From an uncultured Leptospirales bacterium (GTDB lineage: Bacteria; Spirochaetota; UBA4802; UBA5550): DNA of 64,000 bases. The stretch spans positions 2,957 to 66,956 of the forward strand of contig CAZYBU010000008.1 in NCBI GenBank assembly GCA_964645775.1, given 5' to 3'. The position numbers and the translations under genes are program-made. The notes beneath the pieces were generated by a model. It saw only the letters and a program-made list of their open reading frames with translations, ran no database searches and had not been told where the DNA came from. Positions 10,281 to 19,125 of the stretch are shown one piece after another; position 1 is the stretch's first letter; every line of letters begins with the position of its first letter.

Positions 10281-11168
10281 ATGAGAAAGGAAGCCACAGG
10301 AAAGATAGCGGATAATCTGGAGGCCCTTGGCATAGAAGCCTATCCCTCCTACCTGATCACGGGAAGCGAAAAAAGCTGTATGCTGGAAGCGGGCGTAAGC
10401 CCCCTTGGTACTCGTTACCTGAGAGACCTGGGAGAGAGGAAACCGGAATACCTGATGGTAACCCACGCTCATTACGATCACGCGGGCGCCCTTCCCTTCC
10501 TCTGCGACCGGATCGATTCACTTACGTCCTGCGGTCATCAGAGGGCCACTGAGATATTTCGCAAGGAGAAGGCCATCGCCCTGATGAACAGCCTGAGTAA
10601 AAGTCTTAAACCCTACCTGCGCGAGAATTACGACGACAGCGAGGACCTGGAGATTCGACCGGTCGAATTTGACCGTGTCCTCGAGGATGGCGACATCATA
10701 GACCTGGGCGGCCTGACGATCCGGGTCTACGAGACCCCGGGACACACCCGGGACCATCTCTCCTTCTTCGTGGAAGAGAAAGGATGGCTTTTCCCGGGTG
10801 AGGCCATGGGGAACCCCGATTTCATGAACGAAGATGGAGTAAAGGTGGAGTTTCTTTCATCGTACAACGATTACACGGCCTCCCAGGAAAAACTGTACGA
10901 ATTACGTGATAAGGTAAGCCTTCTGGCGTTCTCACACATCTTCTACTATACCGATGCTGCCGTGAAACAGTTTTTTGACGCAACCATTGATGCCACCCGG
11001 ATCTACCGTGAAAAGCTGGAGGATTTCCTTCATATAACCGGGGGCGAGGTTGAAGCGGCCGTGGAGCTGATGACCCGTAAGGAATACGACCAGAAGAAGA
11101 CCATCTTCCAGGAACGAAACGCCTACATGCTGAACCTGGCAGCCCAGTTCCGGGCCGTGGTGACGTAG
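10281..11168 (+). CDS. MBL-fold metallo-hydrolase
   Basis: HAHYDHAG metal-binding motif and later conserved His/Asp. 295 aa. Likely co-transcribed with the aldehyde:ferredoxin oxidoreductase gene (11-nt gap). Confidence 0.7.
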   Translation: MRKEATGKIADNLEALGIEAYPSYLITGSEKSCMLEAGVSPLGTRYLRDLGERKPEYLMVTHAHYDHAGALPFLCDRIDSLTSCGHQRATEIFRKEKAIALMNSLSKSLKPYLRENYDDSEDLEIRPVEFDRVLEDGDIIDLGGLTIRVYETPGHTRDHLSFFVEEKGWLFPGEAMGNPDFMNEDGVKVEFLSSYNDYTASQEKLYELRDKVSLLAFSHIFYYTDAAVKQFFDATIDATRIYREKLEDFLHITGGEVEAAVELMTRKEYDQKKTIFQERNAYMLNLAAQFRAVVT

Positions 11169-11232
11169 ACGAGGATATCTGTCCTGGTCTACTTGACGTA
11201 TCCTCGCCTACGTCACGACATCACCTGATTTC

Positions 11233-11823
11233 TCAAAAAGAGAAGCCCTCCGGCAACTCCGACTCCTTTGTTCCCCCGGGCACCCACGAAAGGTCCAGGA
11301 TCGTGTATGTGGGATCCAGGGTCTGGAAGATGGGGACTACCTTCATCCCTATCTTCGGTTCTCCCAGGGAGAGGTAACTCATCAGGATCGTGGAGACCCC
11401 TTCAAATTCAATGTTTATAAACCGTATCGGTTTATCCAGGATATTGAAAGCCCCGGACCTCTCGCAAACCATGAAGGTATGGACCGTGGACTTTTTCTTC
11501 GCGATATCGGTCATATCGATAATCGTGTTCCTGCCCAGACAATCCGGACAATGAATACGGAAGGGCTGGTAGACCGTGCCGGTAAACTCACAATCCCTGT
11601 TGTCGCATCTTGTAGCCAGAAGCTTTCCCTGTGACAAACCCTCAAAGAAGGGCGCTTCTCCCCCGTAGGTGTGGATATAGGTCATATCCCGGGGATTGGT
11701 GACGCCCAGAAGCTTCCAGTTCTCATCCGCGTTGCGGATCGGCAAGTTGGGTGTCATGTGATGAAAGTCACCCTTGATCCTGTACTTGTTGTCCTGTACG
11801 TGAACTAATCCTATCATACTCAT
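11233..11823 (-). CDS. DUF35 (Zn-ribbon + OB-fold) acyl-CoA-associated protein
   Basis: C-x2-C...C-x2-C zinc ribbon (CDNRDCEFTG...CPDCLG) followed by an OB-fold region. AAGGAG SD. Immediately downstream of a thiolase-fold gene (BbsA/BbsB-like pairing). Confidence 0.8.
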   Translation of the reverse strand: MSMIGLVHVQDNKYRIKGDFHHMTPNLPIRNADENWKLLGVTNPRDMTYIHTYGGEAPFFEGLSQGKLLATRCDNRDCEFTGTVYQPFRIHCPDCLGRNTIIDMTDIAKKKSTVHTFMVCERSGAFNILDKPIRFINIEFEGVSTILMSYLSLGEPKIGMKVVPIFQTLDPTYTILDLSWVPGGTKESELPEGFSF

Positions 11824-11835
11824 GGTAAGGCTCCT

Positions 11836-13272
11836 TTAAGCGTCATTTTTCAGCATGTGGTCAGGATCCATGAGGATCGTCGCTGTTACATGAGACCCCA
11901 CACCTGCGTGACTGATGGCCAGGGCGCGTTTCGCACCCTCCACCTGAAGGTCGGTCCAGTCAGAGGGTTTCTCTCTCCCGTACCGTTTCCAGCGATCCTT
12001 GTCACCGTGGATCTCGGCCCATCGATTCCAGATATGGGTGGCAATTTCAAAGGTCTGCATGATACCCGTTGCCCCCACGGCATGCATGCATCCGATCAAA
12101 CCTCCCGAGAGGTTGGACGGCAGCTTGCCCGGTTTGCCGGTATGGGGATTGGTGTGATAGCAGTCCCCTGATTCCACGTAGGTCCTTCCTTCACCGTAGG
12201 GCCGGATACCGACATCCTCGTAAGACTGGACATCACTGATGGTAAAGGCGTCGTGTAGTTCAATAACATCCAGGTCCTCAGTAGGGTCTTTTATGCCGAC
12301 CCAGTTATAGGCGTAATAGGCCGCCATGCGGGCAGCCAAAAACCCGGTAAAGCCGGGATATCGGTCTCCACCCGGGAATCTTTTGCCCAGGTCCTTATAC
12401 AGGTCCGCTGTTTCGTTAGGCAGGAGAGGTATCTCCATGTCTCTCCTGTCAGCGGGACGGAGAGTGTGGGACGCGGCCGTGACCCATATCCTCAAAGGCT
12501 TGTGGGGCGAGTCCTTTGTCAGTTCCTCGGCCGTCTTCTCGTCACAGATTATGGCGCAGGCCGCGCCCACGCTCATAAGACAGGCGTCCAGGGCACGGAG
12601 AGGATAGGCCACCACCGGTGAATTCAGAACATCTTCCACGGTAATATCCATGGGAGCCTGGGCGTAAGGATTCATGCGGGCGTAACCGTGATGCTTCACG
12701 GATATCTCGGCCAGGGTCTTACGAAAGGATTCCTCCTCCTTACCGAAGACCTGCCAGTATTTCTGGGCCATGACCGCGTAATACCCGGTATAGATATGTC
12801 CCAGGGGAGATTCCCAGTCCTTGTCGGCCGCGCAGGAGATTAGAAAGTTACCCTCGTCCGTGGGGACCTCGTCCATCCGCTCCCAGCCCATGGCCAGTAC
12901 GCAGTCGGAATAGCCGGAGGCCACGGCCTTGGTGGCCTCCCAGAGGGTTGACCCTCCCGTGGCCCCGCCGGTCTTGACGCCGATATTACCCAGGGGGTCC
13001 AGGCCGAGGCGGTCATGGATCACGGCTTCACCCAGGAGCTGATCTCCGAAGTGGTCCGCGAAATGGCCGTAGTAGCAGCTGTGAATATGCTTCTTCAACT
13101 CAGCCGGTGTCCTGTTAATCAGTTTGGCCGCCTCGGTCAGGGCCTCCACGCATAGCTCTTCTGTTCTGACATCCGGCTGAGCCCGGTCAAACTTGCTCTG
13201 CCCGGCGGTCACCAGATAGACAGGCCGCATGTATTGAGGAGTGGCCAGCTGCTTTTCACTGAATGTAATCAT
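11836..13272 (-). CDS. thiolase-fold protein (SCP-x/BbsB-like), long form
   Basis: 478 aa thiolase-like. C-terminal GGLIGCMHAVGATG. N-terminal segment lacks the canonical nucleophile Cys context (KTGGATGGS). Confidence 0.75.
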   Translation of the reverse strand: MITFSEKQLATPQYMRPVYLVTAGQSKFDRAQPDVRTEELCVEALTEAAKLINRTPAELKKHIHSCYYGHFADHFGDQLLGEAVIHDRLGLDPLGNIGVKTGGATGGSTLWEATKAVASGYSDCVLAMGWERMDEVPTDEGNFLISCAADKDWESPLGHIYTGYYAVMAQKYWQVFGKEEESFRKTLAEISVKHHGYARMNPYAQAPMDITVEDVLNSPVVAYPLRALDACLMSVGAACAIICDEKTAEELTKDSPHKPLRIWVTAASHTLRPADRRDMEIPLLPNETADLYKDLGKRFPGGDRYPGFTGFLAARMAAYYAYNWVGIKDPTEDLDVIELHDAFTISDVQSYEDVGIRPYGEGRTYVESGDCYHTNPHTGKPGKLPSNLSGGLIGCMHAVGATGIMQTFEIATHIWNRWAEIHGDKDRWKRYGREKPSDWTDLQVEGAKRALAISHAGVGSHVTATILMDPDHMLKNDA

Positions 13273-13303
13273 CTTATTCTCCTTATTTACATCCTAACTG
13301 TTG

Positions 13304-14074
13304 TTATCGCCCGATGATATATCGGTGCGGATCGACTTCTTCTCTCAGGATACGCAGTTCATCTTCATGGGGAGGATCCGTGTCTTCCAGTTTATCCGCC
13401 CAGAGCAGTTCGAAACCGCAGTTCTCCTGCACGTCGGTGCGGTCGTAGCCGGGATTGATGGAAAGGACCATCATCCTCTTGCTCACTTCCTCGAATCCCA
13501 TGACCGCCATGTTGGTTATTATCCGGTAAGGACCGGTTCCCTTCGGAAGGCCCGCCTCGTACCGGCTTTCGCCACCGGAGAGATAACCGGGCGTTGTGAT
13601 GAAATCGGGTTTCTCCGTAAAACGGCGGTTATCCTGGGGCGTCATCATCATTGTCCGCCAGCATAGAGACGCCAGGTCATTTGCGCCCCCGGAACCGGGA
13701 AAGCGCACCTTCGGTTTCGAGTGATCGTCCCCTATCATGGTGGAGTTGATGTTCCCGTACATGTCGATCTGGGCCCCGCCCAGGAAGGTGTAGTCCGCCA
13801 TCCCCCTCTGGCACGACTCCATGACCTCGGGCATGGAGCTGGCCATGACAGCCCTGTGAAAGGTCCGTGAATCGCCCACGGAAATCGGCATGGTAGGCAG
13901 CCGCGGGGCGACGCCTCCCGCCTCGAAGAGGATGCAGAGATTGGGAGAACCGGTCTTCTGGGCCAGCATGGCCGCCGCGCAGGGGGCTCCTGTTCCGACA
14001 ACGGCCGTGGCGCCGTCCTCAAGGTTCCGGGCCGCCACGCAGATCATCAGTTCCATGGAATTATAATCAGACAT
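13304..14074 (-). CDS. CoA-transferase subunit B (3-oxoacid/glutaconate CoA-transferase family)
   Basis: MSDYNSMELMICVAARNL...GTGAPCAAAMLAQ, typical of family I CoA-transferase beta subunit. AGGAGG SD. Confidence 0.8.
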   Translation of the reverse strand: MSDYNSMELMICVAARNLEDGATAVVGTGAPCAAAMLAQKTGSPNLCILFEAGGVAPRLPTMPISVGDSRTFHRAVMASSMPEVMESCQRGMADYTFLGGAQIDMYGNINSTMIGDDHSKPKVRFPGSGGANDLASLCWRTMMMTPQDNRRFTEKPDFITTPGYLSGGESRYEAGLPKGTGPYRIITNMAVMGFEEVSKRMMVLSINPGYDRTDVQENCGFELLWADKLEDTDPPHEDELRILREEVDPHRYIIGR

Positions 14075-14085
14075 AGAGGCCCTCC

Positions 14086-15078
14086 TTACTCGTTCCCCGT
14101 GAGAAATTCATCCTCACGAAGCTTGATCATTCTTTCAATACCGCCGTTCAGGTTAAGGTACTCGTAAAAGTCCTTTGTATCCAGAATCTGCTTTTTGAAA
14201 AAAACTTTGAATTCTTCCGGGTCCTTCTCCACCTTAAGCCACTCTTTAAGGTGTTTTTCGTCGGAGAAATACTCGTAGGGCATGTTGCCCGGGTAGCTTC
14301 CGTAAGGGACCTCTATCACGGCATCCACACACCACCAGGGTATGAAGGTATCTTCCGGCCTTCGCCGGATCTCCTCGTTGGAGATGATCCTTTCGGTGGT
14401 CAAGACGACCCTTTTCGCCGCCTTTGCCAGGTCCTGGTCCGATACCGAGGCCCCGTAGACCCGGGCGTTACCGTAAACGTCACACTCGTGGACATGGATG
14501 GCCGCGAAGTCCGGGAACAGGGCCGGGTAGGCCGCGTACTTCTGGCCGGTAAAGGGGCATTCGATCTCTTTGGCCGCGCTGTAGTTGAAGGTGTCGGTGC
14601 CAAGGATATTCCTGGCTGGAAGAAAGGAAACACCCATGGCGGCCGCCTTGAGCCGCCAGGAGAGGGCCGCATTGGTCCATTCCGTCAGTTCCATTTCTCC
14701 ATCCTGCACGGCGCGGCGGGCGTTGGGAGAGAGGCCCCGGGCTTCCAGGCCTACGATGTAGGCGATATCGACCCGGGAGAGGCACTTCCCTCCCACCAGT
14801 ACCTGGAAATCGTGGGTTGAGGTATGACCGGCAAAACCGAGGTCCTTCTTTCCCTGACGCACGATCTCGTGCAGGATGGCGGTCGGTATCCGGTTGGCAC
14901 CAAAGCCGCCGATGGCGATATAGTCCCCGTCCTGGACCATGGAACTGACCACCTCCCGTACGGTAGAAAGCTTCGATTCCATGGCCCTGGACTTGTGCCG
15001 GAAAAATTCCCGGGCCCGGTCCGCGTCCGGATCGGTGAAAAGCCTGTTCTGCCCGGTTTTAAGTTCTGCTGCTGTCAT
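14086..15078 (-). CDS. CoA-transferase subunit A
   Basis: IGGFGANRIPTAILHEIVRQGKKDL signature. Start moved from 15183 to ATG 15078 (MTAAELKTGQ). It is preceded by GGGAGGAAGAG SD and avoids an 83-nt overlap with the upstream 3-keto-5-aminohexanoate cleavage family (BKACE) gene. Confidence 0.8.
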   Translation of the reverse strand: MTAAELKTGQNRLFTDPDADRAREFFRHKSRAMESKLSTVREVVSSMVQDGDYIAIGGFGANRIPTAILHEIVRQGKKDLGFAGHTSTHDFQVLVGGKCLSRVDIAYIVGLEARGLSPNARRAVQDGEMELTEWTNAALSWRLKAAAMGVSFLPARNILGTDTFNYSAAKEIECPFTGQKYAAYPALFPDFAAIHVHECDVYGNARVYGASVSDQDLAKAAKRVVLTTERIISNEEIRRRPEDTFIPWWCVDAVIEVPYGSYPGNMPYEYFSDEKHLKEWLKVEKDPEEFKVFFKKQILDTKDFYEYLNLNGGIERMIKLREDEFLTGNE

Positions 15079-15100
15079 CTCTTCCTCCCTTTGAACCGGG

Positions 15101-15958
15101 TTATTTCCGTATACCCATGATCTCCCGGGCCTCGTCCGGGGTGGCCGGCTCGTGTCCCAGGGCCTGAATAATACGAACGGCATTCTCCACCAGTTCGTGG
15201 TTTCCCTCGGCTACCCGGCCGTCCGGCATGCGGGTGTTGTCTTCCAGGCCGACCCGAAGATGTCCTCCCAGAAGAACAGACTGGGTAATGGCCGGCCACT
15301 CCTGGCTTCCCACGCCGCAGGTAGTAAAGTTGGCCTTCTCCGGAAGGGCGTGCACATAATCGACGAAGGTCCCGGGCCGGAAGGCGGCCCCGCCGCAGAC
15401 CCCCCAGACAAAGTTGAAATTGATGGGGTCCGTAAAGTACCCGGTATTGCTCAGGAAATGATAGTTATCCAGGCCGGCCATGCTGTAGCACTCCAGTTCA
15501 GGCTTGACCTGGTTCTCGTGCATGATCCGGGCGAAGTTTTTTACCATCTCCAGCTTGTTCTCGAAGGTGTAGTCCGCCAGGATCTCACCCGTCTTACGAT
15601 TGATGCCGGCAAAGTTCATGGTCGCCATATTCAGGGATGCCATCTCGGGCCGGATGGCCTCTATCTGACCAATCCTCTGCTCCGACGTGGCCCCCATACC
15701 CAGGGCGGATGTCAGGTTCACAATCAGTTCCGGGGTCTTCTCCTTAATTCGATCATGGCTCTCCCGTATACGATCTACGGACACGGAGTTGCTCCCGTCA
15801 TCCTCAACCGCATGGACATGAACCATGGAGGCTCCCGCCTTGTATACCCGGGCGGCCGCTTCCGCCAGTTCATCCGGGGTATAAGGTGTATTCGGATTCT
15901 GCGATTTTCTGGTGGCAGACCCCACCAGCGCACAGGTAACAATCACCTTTCGTCCCAT
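15101..15958 (-). CDS. 3-keto-5-aminohexanoate cleavage enzyme family (BKACE/DUF849) beta-keto-acid cleavage enzyme
   Basis: MGRKVIVTCALVGS...MVHVHAVEDDGS, typical BKACE TIM-barrel signature. AGGAGG SD. Confidence 0.8.
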   Translation of the reverse strand: MGRKVIVTCALVGSATRKSQNPNTPYTPDELAEAAARVYKAGASMVHVHAVEDDGSNSVSVDRIRESHDRIKEKTPELIVNLTSALGMGATSEQRIGQIEAIRPEMASLNMATMNFAGINRKTGEILADYTFENKLEMVKNFARIMHENQVKPELECYSMAGLDNYHFLSNTGYFTDPINFNFVWGVCGGAAFRPGTFVDYVHALPEKANFTTCGVGSQEWPAITQSVLLGGHLRVGLEDNTRMPDGRVAEGNHELVENAVRIIQALGHEPATPDEAREIMGIRK

Positions 15959-15998
15959 GCATTCCTCCTTATTTCAAAAATACGCCTTCTATCTGGTT

Positions 15999-17804
15999 CT
16001 AGTTTTCCTCGTACATGGTCTCGATAACATCCTCAAACTTGTCCTGGACGATATTTCTCTTTACCTTGAGAGAGGCGGTCAGTTCACCGCTATCCTGGGT
16101 GAACTCGTGCTTGAGGACCTTGTACTTTTTGATGGTCTCAACGCGGGAGAGCTCGTTATTGCTCTCTTCCACGATCTCATCTATGATCTTCAGGAAATCC
16201 CTGTTCGTCCTCAGGTCTTCCGGTTTATCGAACATGATACCCTTCTCTTTTGCCATCTGGGCCGCAACCTCGTAGTTGAGGTTTATAAGAGCCGTCAGGT
16301 ATTTCCTCTTATCACCTACCACAACAAACTGCGCAAAAAGAGGATTCTTCTTGAAAAGGGTCTCGATCTTCTGGGGAGCAATATTCTTACCACCTGCCGT
16401 AATGATAAGATCCTTCTTGCGATCCGTAATGTAGAGCCGACCACTCTTATCGAAATGACCGATGTCTCCTGTTTTGAAATAACCGTCTTCCGTGAAGATC
16501 TCGCTTTTCAGCTCATCCATTTTCCAGTATCCGCTGAAGACCATGTCCCCCTTCATGAGAATCTCGCCATCCTCCGCGATCTTCATATCAAGGCCTGGCA
16601 GGGGACGTCCCACGGAACCGGGGCTGAAATCGTCCAGATTGCTGAGAGTGCCCCCCCCGCAGACCTCAGACATGCCGTACCCCTCGAGAACAAAGATGCC
16701 GGCGGCGTTGAAAAAGTTGACGATCTCCCTGGCTATGGGACCTCCAGCCGCGCACATCCAGCGAACCTGACCTCCCAGTGCCTGTTGAAGTTTCTTGAAG
16801 ACCAGGGCATAGGCCAGCTTGTGCCGCATCTTCAGGCCCAGAGGATGGGGAATCTGCTGTTCGTCACACCTGCTGTATTCGGCACCTACCCTCTGAGCCC
16901 AGGCAAAGAGCTTCTGTACCAGGGGAGGCTTCTCCTTGATGGCCATGACCATCTTCTGGTAGATTTTCTCGTGCACTCTGGGTACGGCAAAAAGTATGGT
17001 CGGTTTCTTGGCCTGTATGTCTTCGACCAGTGTTTCCATGGAACCGGCGTAATGCTTTGTGATTCCCTTGAACATGATGTACATGTGAACCGGCACACGC
17101 TCAAAGATATGACTGAGAGGCAGAAATCCCACGTTGATATCATCCTCGTACCCGAATTTCGGTTCCACAGCATCAAGGGCGTAGATATTGGCCATGATGT
17201 TACCGTGGCTCAGCATGGCACCTTTGGGCATCCCCGTTGTCCCGGACGTGTACTGCAGGGTGGCCAGGTCATCCGGTCCCACTTCGGCAGAAAGCTTTTC
17301 AAAGAGATCTGATTCCTTATCATGAAGGGAAGCGCCTCTCTCGTCCAGTTCCTGGTAACTGATAATAGTACTTCCATTGAGGTCAGCACCTTCCGTATCC
17401 ATGACCGCAATGACCTCCAGTTCTCCCCCGGCACTGAGAGTATCCTTTGCCTTGGCAAGCTGCGTGGCGTTTTCCACGATTAGAACCTTTGATCCGGAAT
17501 TACGCAACACATAATCGACCTCATCCCTGGCCACCGTAGCGTAAATGGGAACCACGATAGCTCCGATGGAGAGACCTCCCATATCCGTGTAGACCCATTC
17601 AAGACGGTTCTCGGAGAGTATGGCCACCCGGTCACCCTTGCGGACTCCCAGTTCATAAAGACCGAGACCGGCTTGCCTTGCTCGATCGTAGTACTGGTTC
17701 CATGTGGCACTGACCCAGGTTTCCCCGTACCGCTTGTCCATGGCGAACCTGTCACCATAGGTATTAACCCTGTTTTTGAAGACATCTACAATAGTTTTTT
17801 CCAT
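15999..17804 (-). CDS. long-chain-fatty-acid--CoA ligase (AMP-binding)
   Basis: AMP-binding motifs (TSGTTGMPKGAML, GYGMSE, ITDRKKD). Start moved to ATG 17804 (MEKTIVDVF) with GGGAGGTG SD. Confidence 0.85.
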   Translation of the reverse strand: MEKTIVDVFKNRVNTYGDRFAMDKRYGETWVSATWNQYYDRARQAGLGLYELGVRKGDRVAILSENRLEWVYTDMGGLSIGAIVVPIYATVARDEVDYVLRNSGSKVLIVENATQLAKAKDTLSAGGELEVIAVMDTEGADLNGSTIISYQELDERGASLHDKESDLFEKLSAEVGPDDLATLQYTSGTTGMPKGAMLSHGNIMANIYALDAVEPKFGYEDDINVGFLPLSHIFERVPVHMYIMFKGITKHYAGSMETLVEDIQAKKPTILFAVPRVHEKIYQKMVMAIKEKPPLVQKLFAWAQRVGAEYSRCDEQQIPHPLGLKMRHKLAYALVFKKLQQALGGQVRWMCAAGGPIAREIVNFFNAAGIFVLEGYGMSEVCGGGTLSNLDDFSPGSVGRPLPGLDMKIAEDGEILMKGDMVFSGYWKMDELKSEIFTEDGYFKTGDIGHFDKSGRLYITDRKKDLIITAGGKNIAPQKIETLFKKNPLFAQFVVVGDKRKYLTALINLNYEVAAQMAKEKGIMFDKPEDLRTNRDFLKIIDEIVEESNNELSRVETIKKYKVLKHEFTQDSGELTASLKVKRNIVQDKFEDVIETMYEEN

Positions 17805-17828
17805 GACGCACCTCCCGGTGAAGATAAT

Positions 17829-17848
17829 CTGGCACAACTTGATTGATT
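17829..17848. promoter_or_regulatory. candidate TetR/FadR-type operator TTGATTGAtttgTCAATCAA
   Basis: Perfect 8-bp inverted repeat with 4-nt spacer, 25 nt upstream of the ligase start. Near-identical half-sites occur at 40321..40338 next to the TetR gene. Confidence 0.45.
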
Positions 17849-17886
17849 TGTCAATCAACATTCGCCAAAAAAGTAATTCTGGCTCA

Positions 17887-18465
17887 TTAATAAAACTTAC
17901 CCTTCTGCAACCGCATCGATTTTATCCTTTCCCATGATCCTCCTTTCCCCTGCATCAGGTTAATACTGGCAAAATCTCCCTCTACCGTAAAAATTACACA
18001 GGTAGGATGGCTCATGGAACCTGCGTACAGGTCTCCGGGGTTGAGAAGAACAACTCCCTTTACGATTCCCATCCAGGGGCTGTGGGTGTGACCAAAAAAG
18101 AGAGCATCTGCCCGCAACCTGTCCCCCATCTCGGCCATCCTGTGTGTACTGTGGTCCCATTCATCCTGCGACTGCCAGGGATTGATTTCAAACTGGTGAC
18201 CATGGATAAAGAGAAAGGTCCAGTCTCCGGCCCGGTAAAGATACCGGTCCTCGCATGCTTCTCCGGTCCTGTCCTCATTGCCCTGCACACAGATAAAGGG
18301 TATCCCCTCCTCCCGGGCGACCCTTTCTCCATCCCCGATACCGTCACCCAGGTGGACCAGCAAATCCAGGGGCATAAGGAATCGAACGGCCTCCCGAATC
18401 TTCTCACGGTTCCCGTGGGAGTCGGCGAAGACAGCTCCCCTGAGGGTGGCCGGTGTACCGGTCAT
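17887..18465 (-). CDS. metallophosphoesterase (YfcE/MJ0936 family)
   Basis: DSHGN, LGDG, GNED and HGH motifs in canonical order. Confidence 0.75.
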   Translation of the reverse strand: MTGTPATLRGAVFADSHGNREKIREAVRFLMPLDLLVHLGDGIGDGERVAREEGIPFICVQGNEDRTGEACEDRYLYRAGDWTFLFIHGHQFEINPWQSQDEWDHSTHRMAEMGDRLRADALFFGHTHSPWMGIVKGVVLLNPGDLYAGSMSHPTCVIFTVEGDFASINLMQGKGGSWERIKSMRLQKGKFY

Positions 18466-19116
18466 CTACCTGACAGCCTCCCGTTTTTCAACATGAAAGC
18501 TCCTTTCACGAATCTGACGGATAAGATCTCCGCAGTCCAGCACCGGTTCATTAAAAACCGTGACGATACTCCCCAGGTTTCTCAGATCATGGGAGTCACT
18601 GCTCCCGGTACCGGCCACCTGCATCTTTTCCATTACCTCCCGGGCCCGTTCCCGTGCGTCATGCCCATAGGAAGGGTGCTCAATCTCCAGCCCATCCAGG
18701 GCGTAGAGTTCGGTATCCTCCCCCGTGCCGTAATACTCACCGCTTACGCCTCCCTGCTTGAAGGGATGGGCAGCGATAACGATTCCCCCTTCTGCGTGAA
18801 CCATCTCGATGAGCTGTTCCGCGCTCTTGTTGGACCCCAGGCTCTCAGGGTACCCGTAAACAAGGAACTCTCCCTGGAAACGGCCCTGGAGTGAGTAGCA
18901 GGCCACTTCCTGTCCCGGGAGAAGGACCACGTCCCGGATACCGCTTCTCTCGATTAACTTATCTATCTCATCATCGGGCCAGCGGATACCGTGTTCCGTC
19001 AGCCCGAGGCCATGCAGACCCGCTTCCCTTGCCCGGCCCGGCAGCAGGTCAGGATCGATATTGCTGCACCCCGAATAACGCCGGGTATGAACGTGCAGGT
19101 CATAATAATAGCCCAT
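18466..19116 (-). CDS. PHP-domain phosphoesterase
   Basis: YYDLHVHTRRYSGCS N-terminal HxH of the PHP fold, with later metal-binding His/Asp. Confidence 0.65.
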   Translation of the reverse strand: MGYYYDLHVHTRRYSGCSNIDPDLLPGRAREAGLHGLGLTEHGIRWPDDEIDKLIERSGIRDVVLLPGQEVACYSLQGRFQGEFLVYGYPESLGSNKSAEQLIEMVHAEGGIVIAAHPFKQGGVSGEYYGTGEDTELYALDGLEIEHPSYGHDARERAREVMEKMQVAGTGSSDSHDLRNLGSIVTVFNEPVLDCGDLIRQIRERSFHVEKREAVR

Positions 19117-19125
19117 TTTTCTCCT

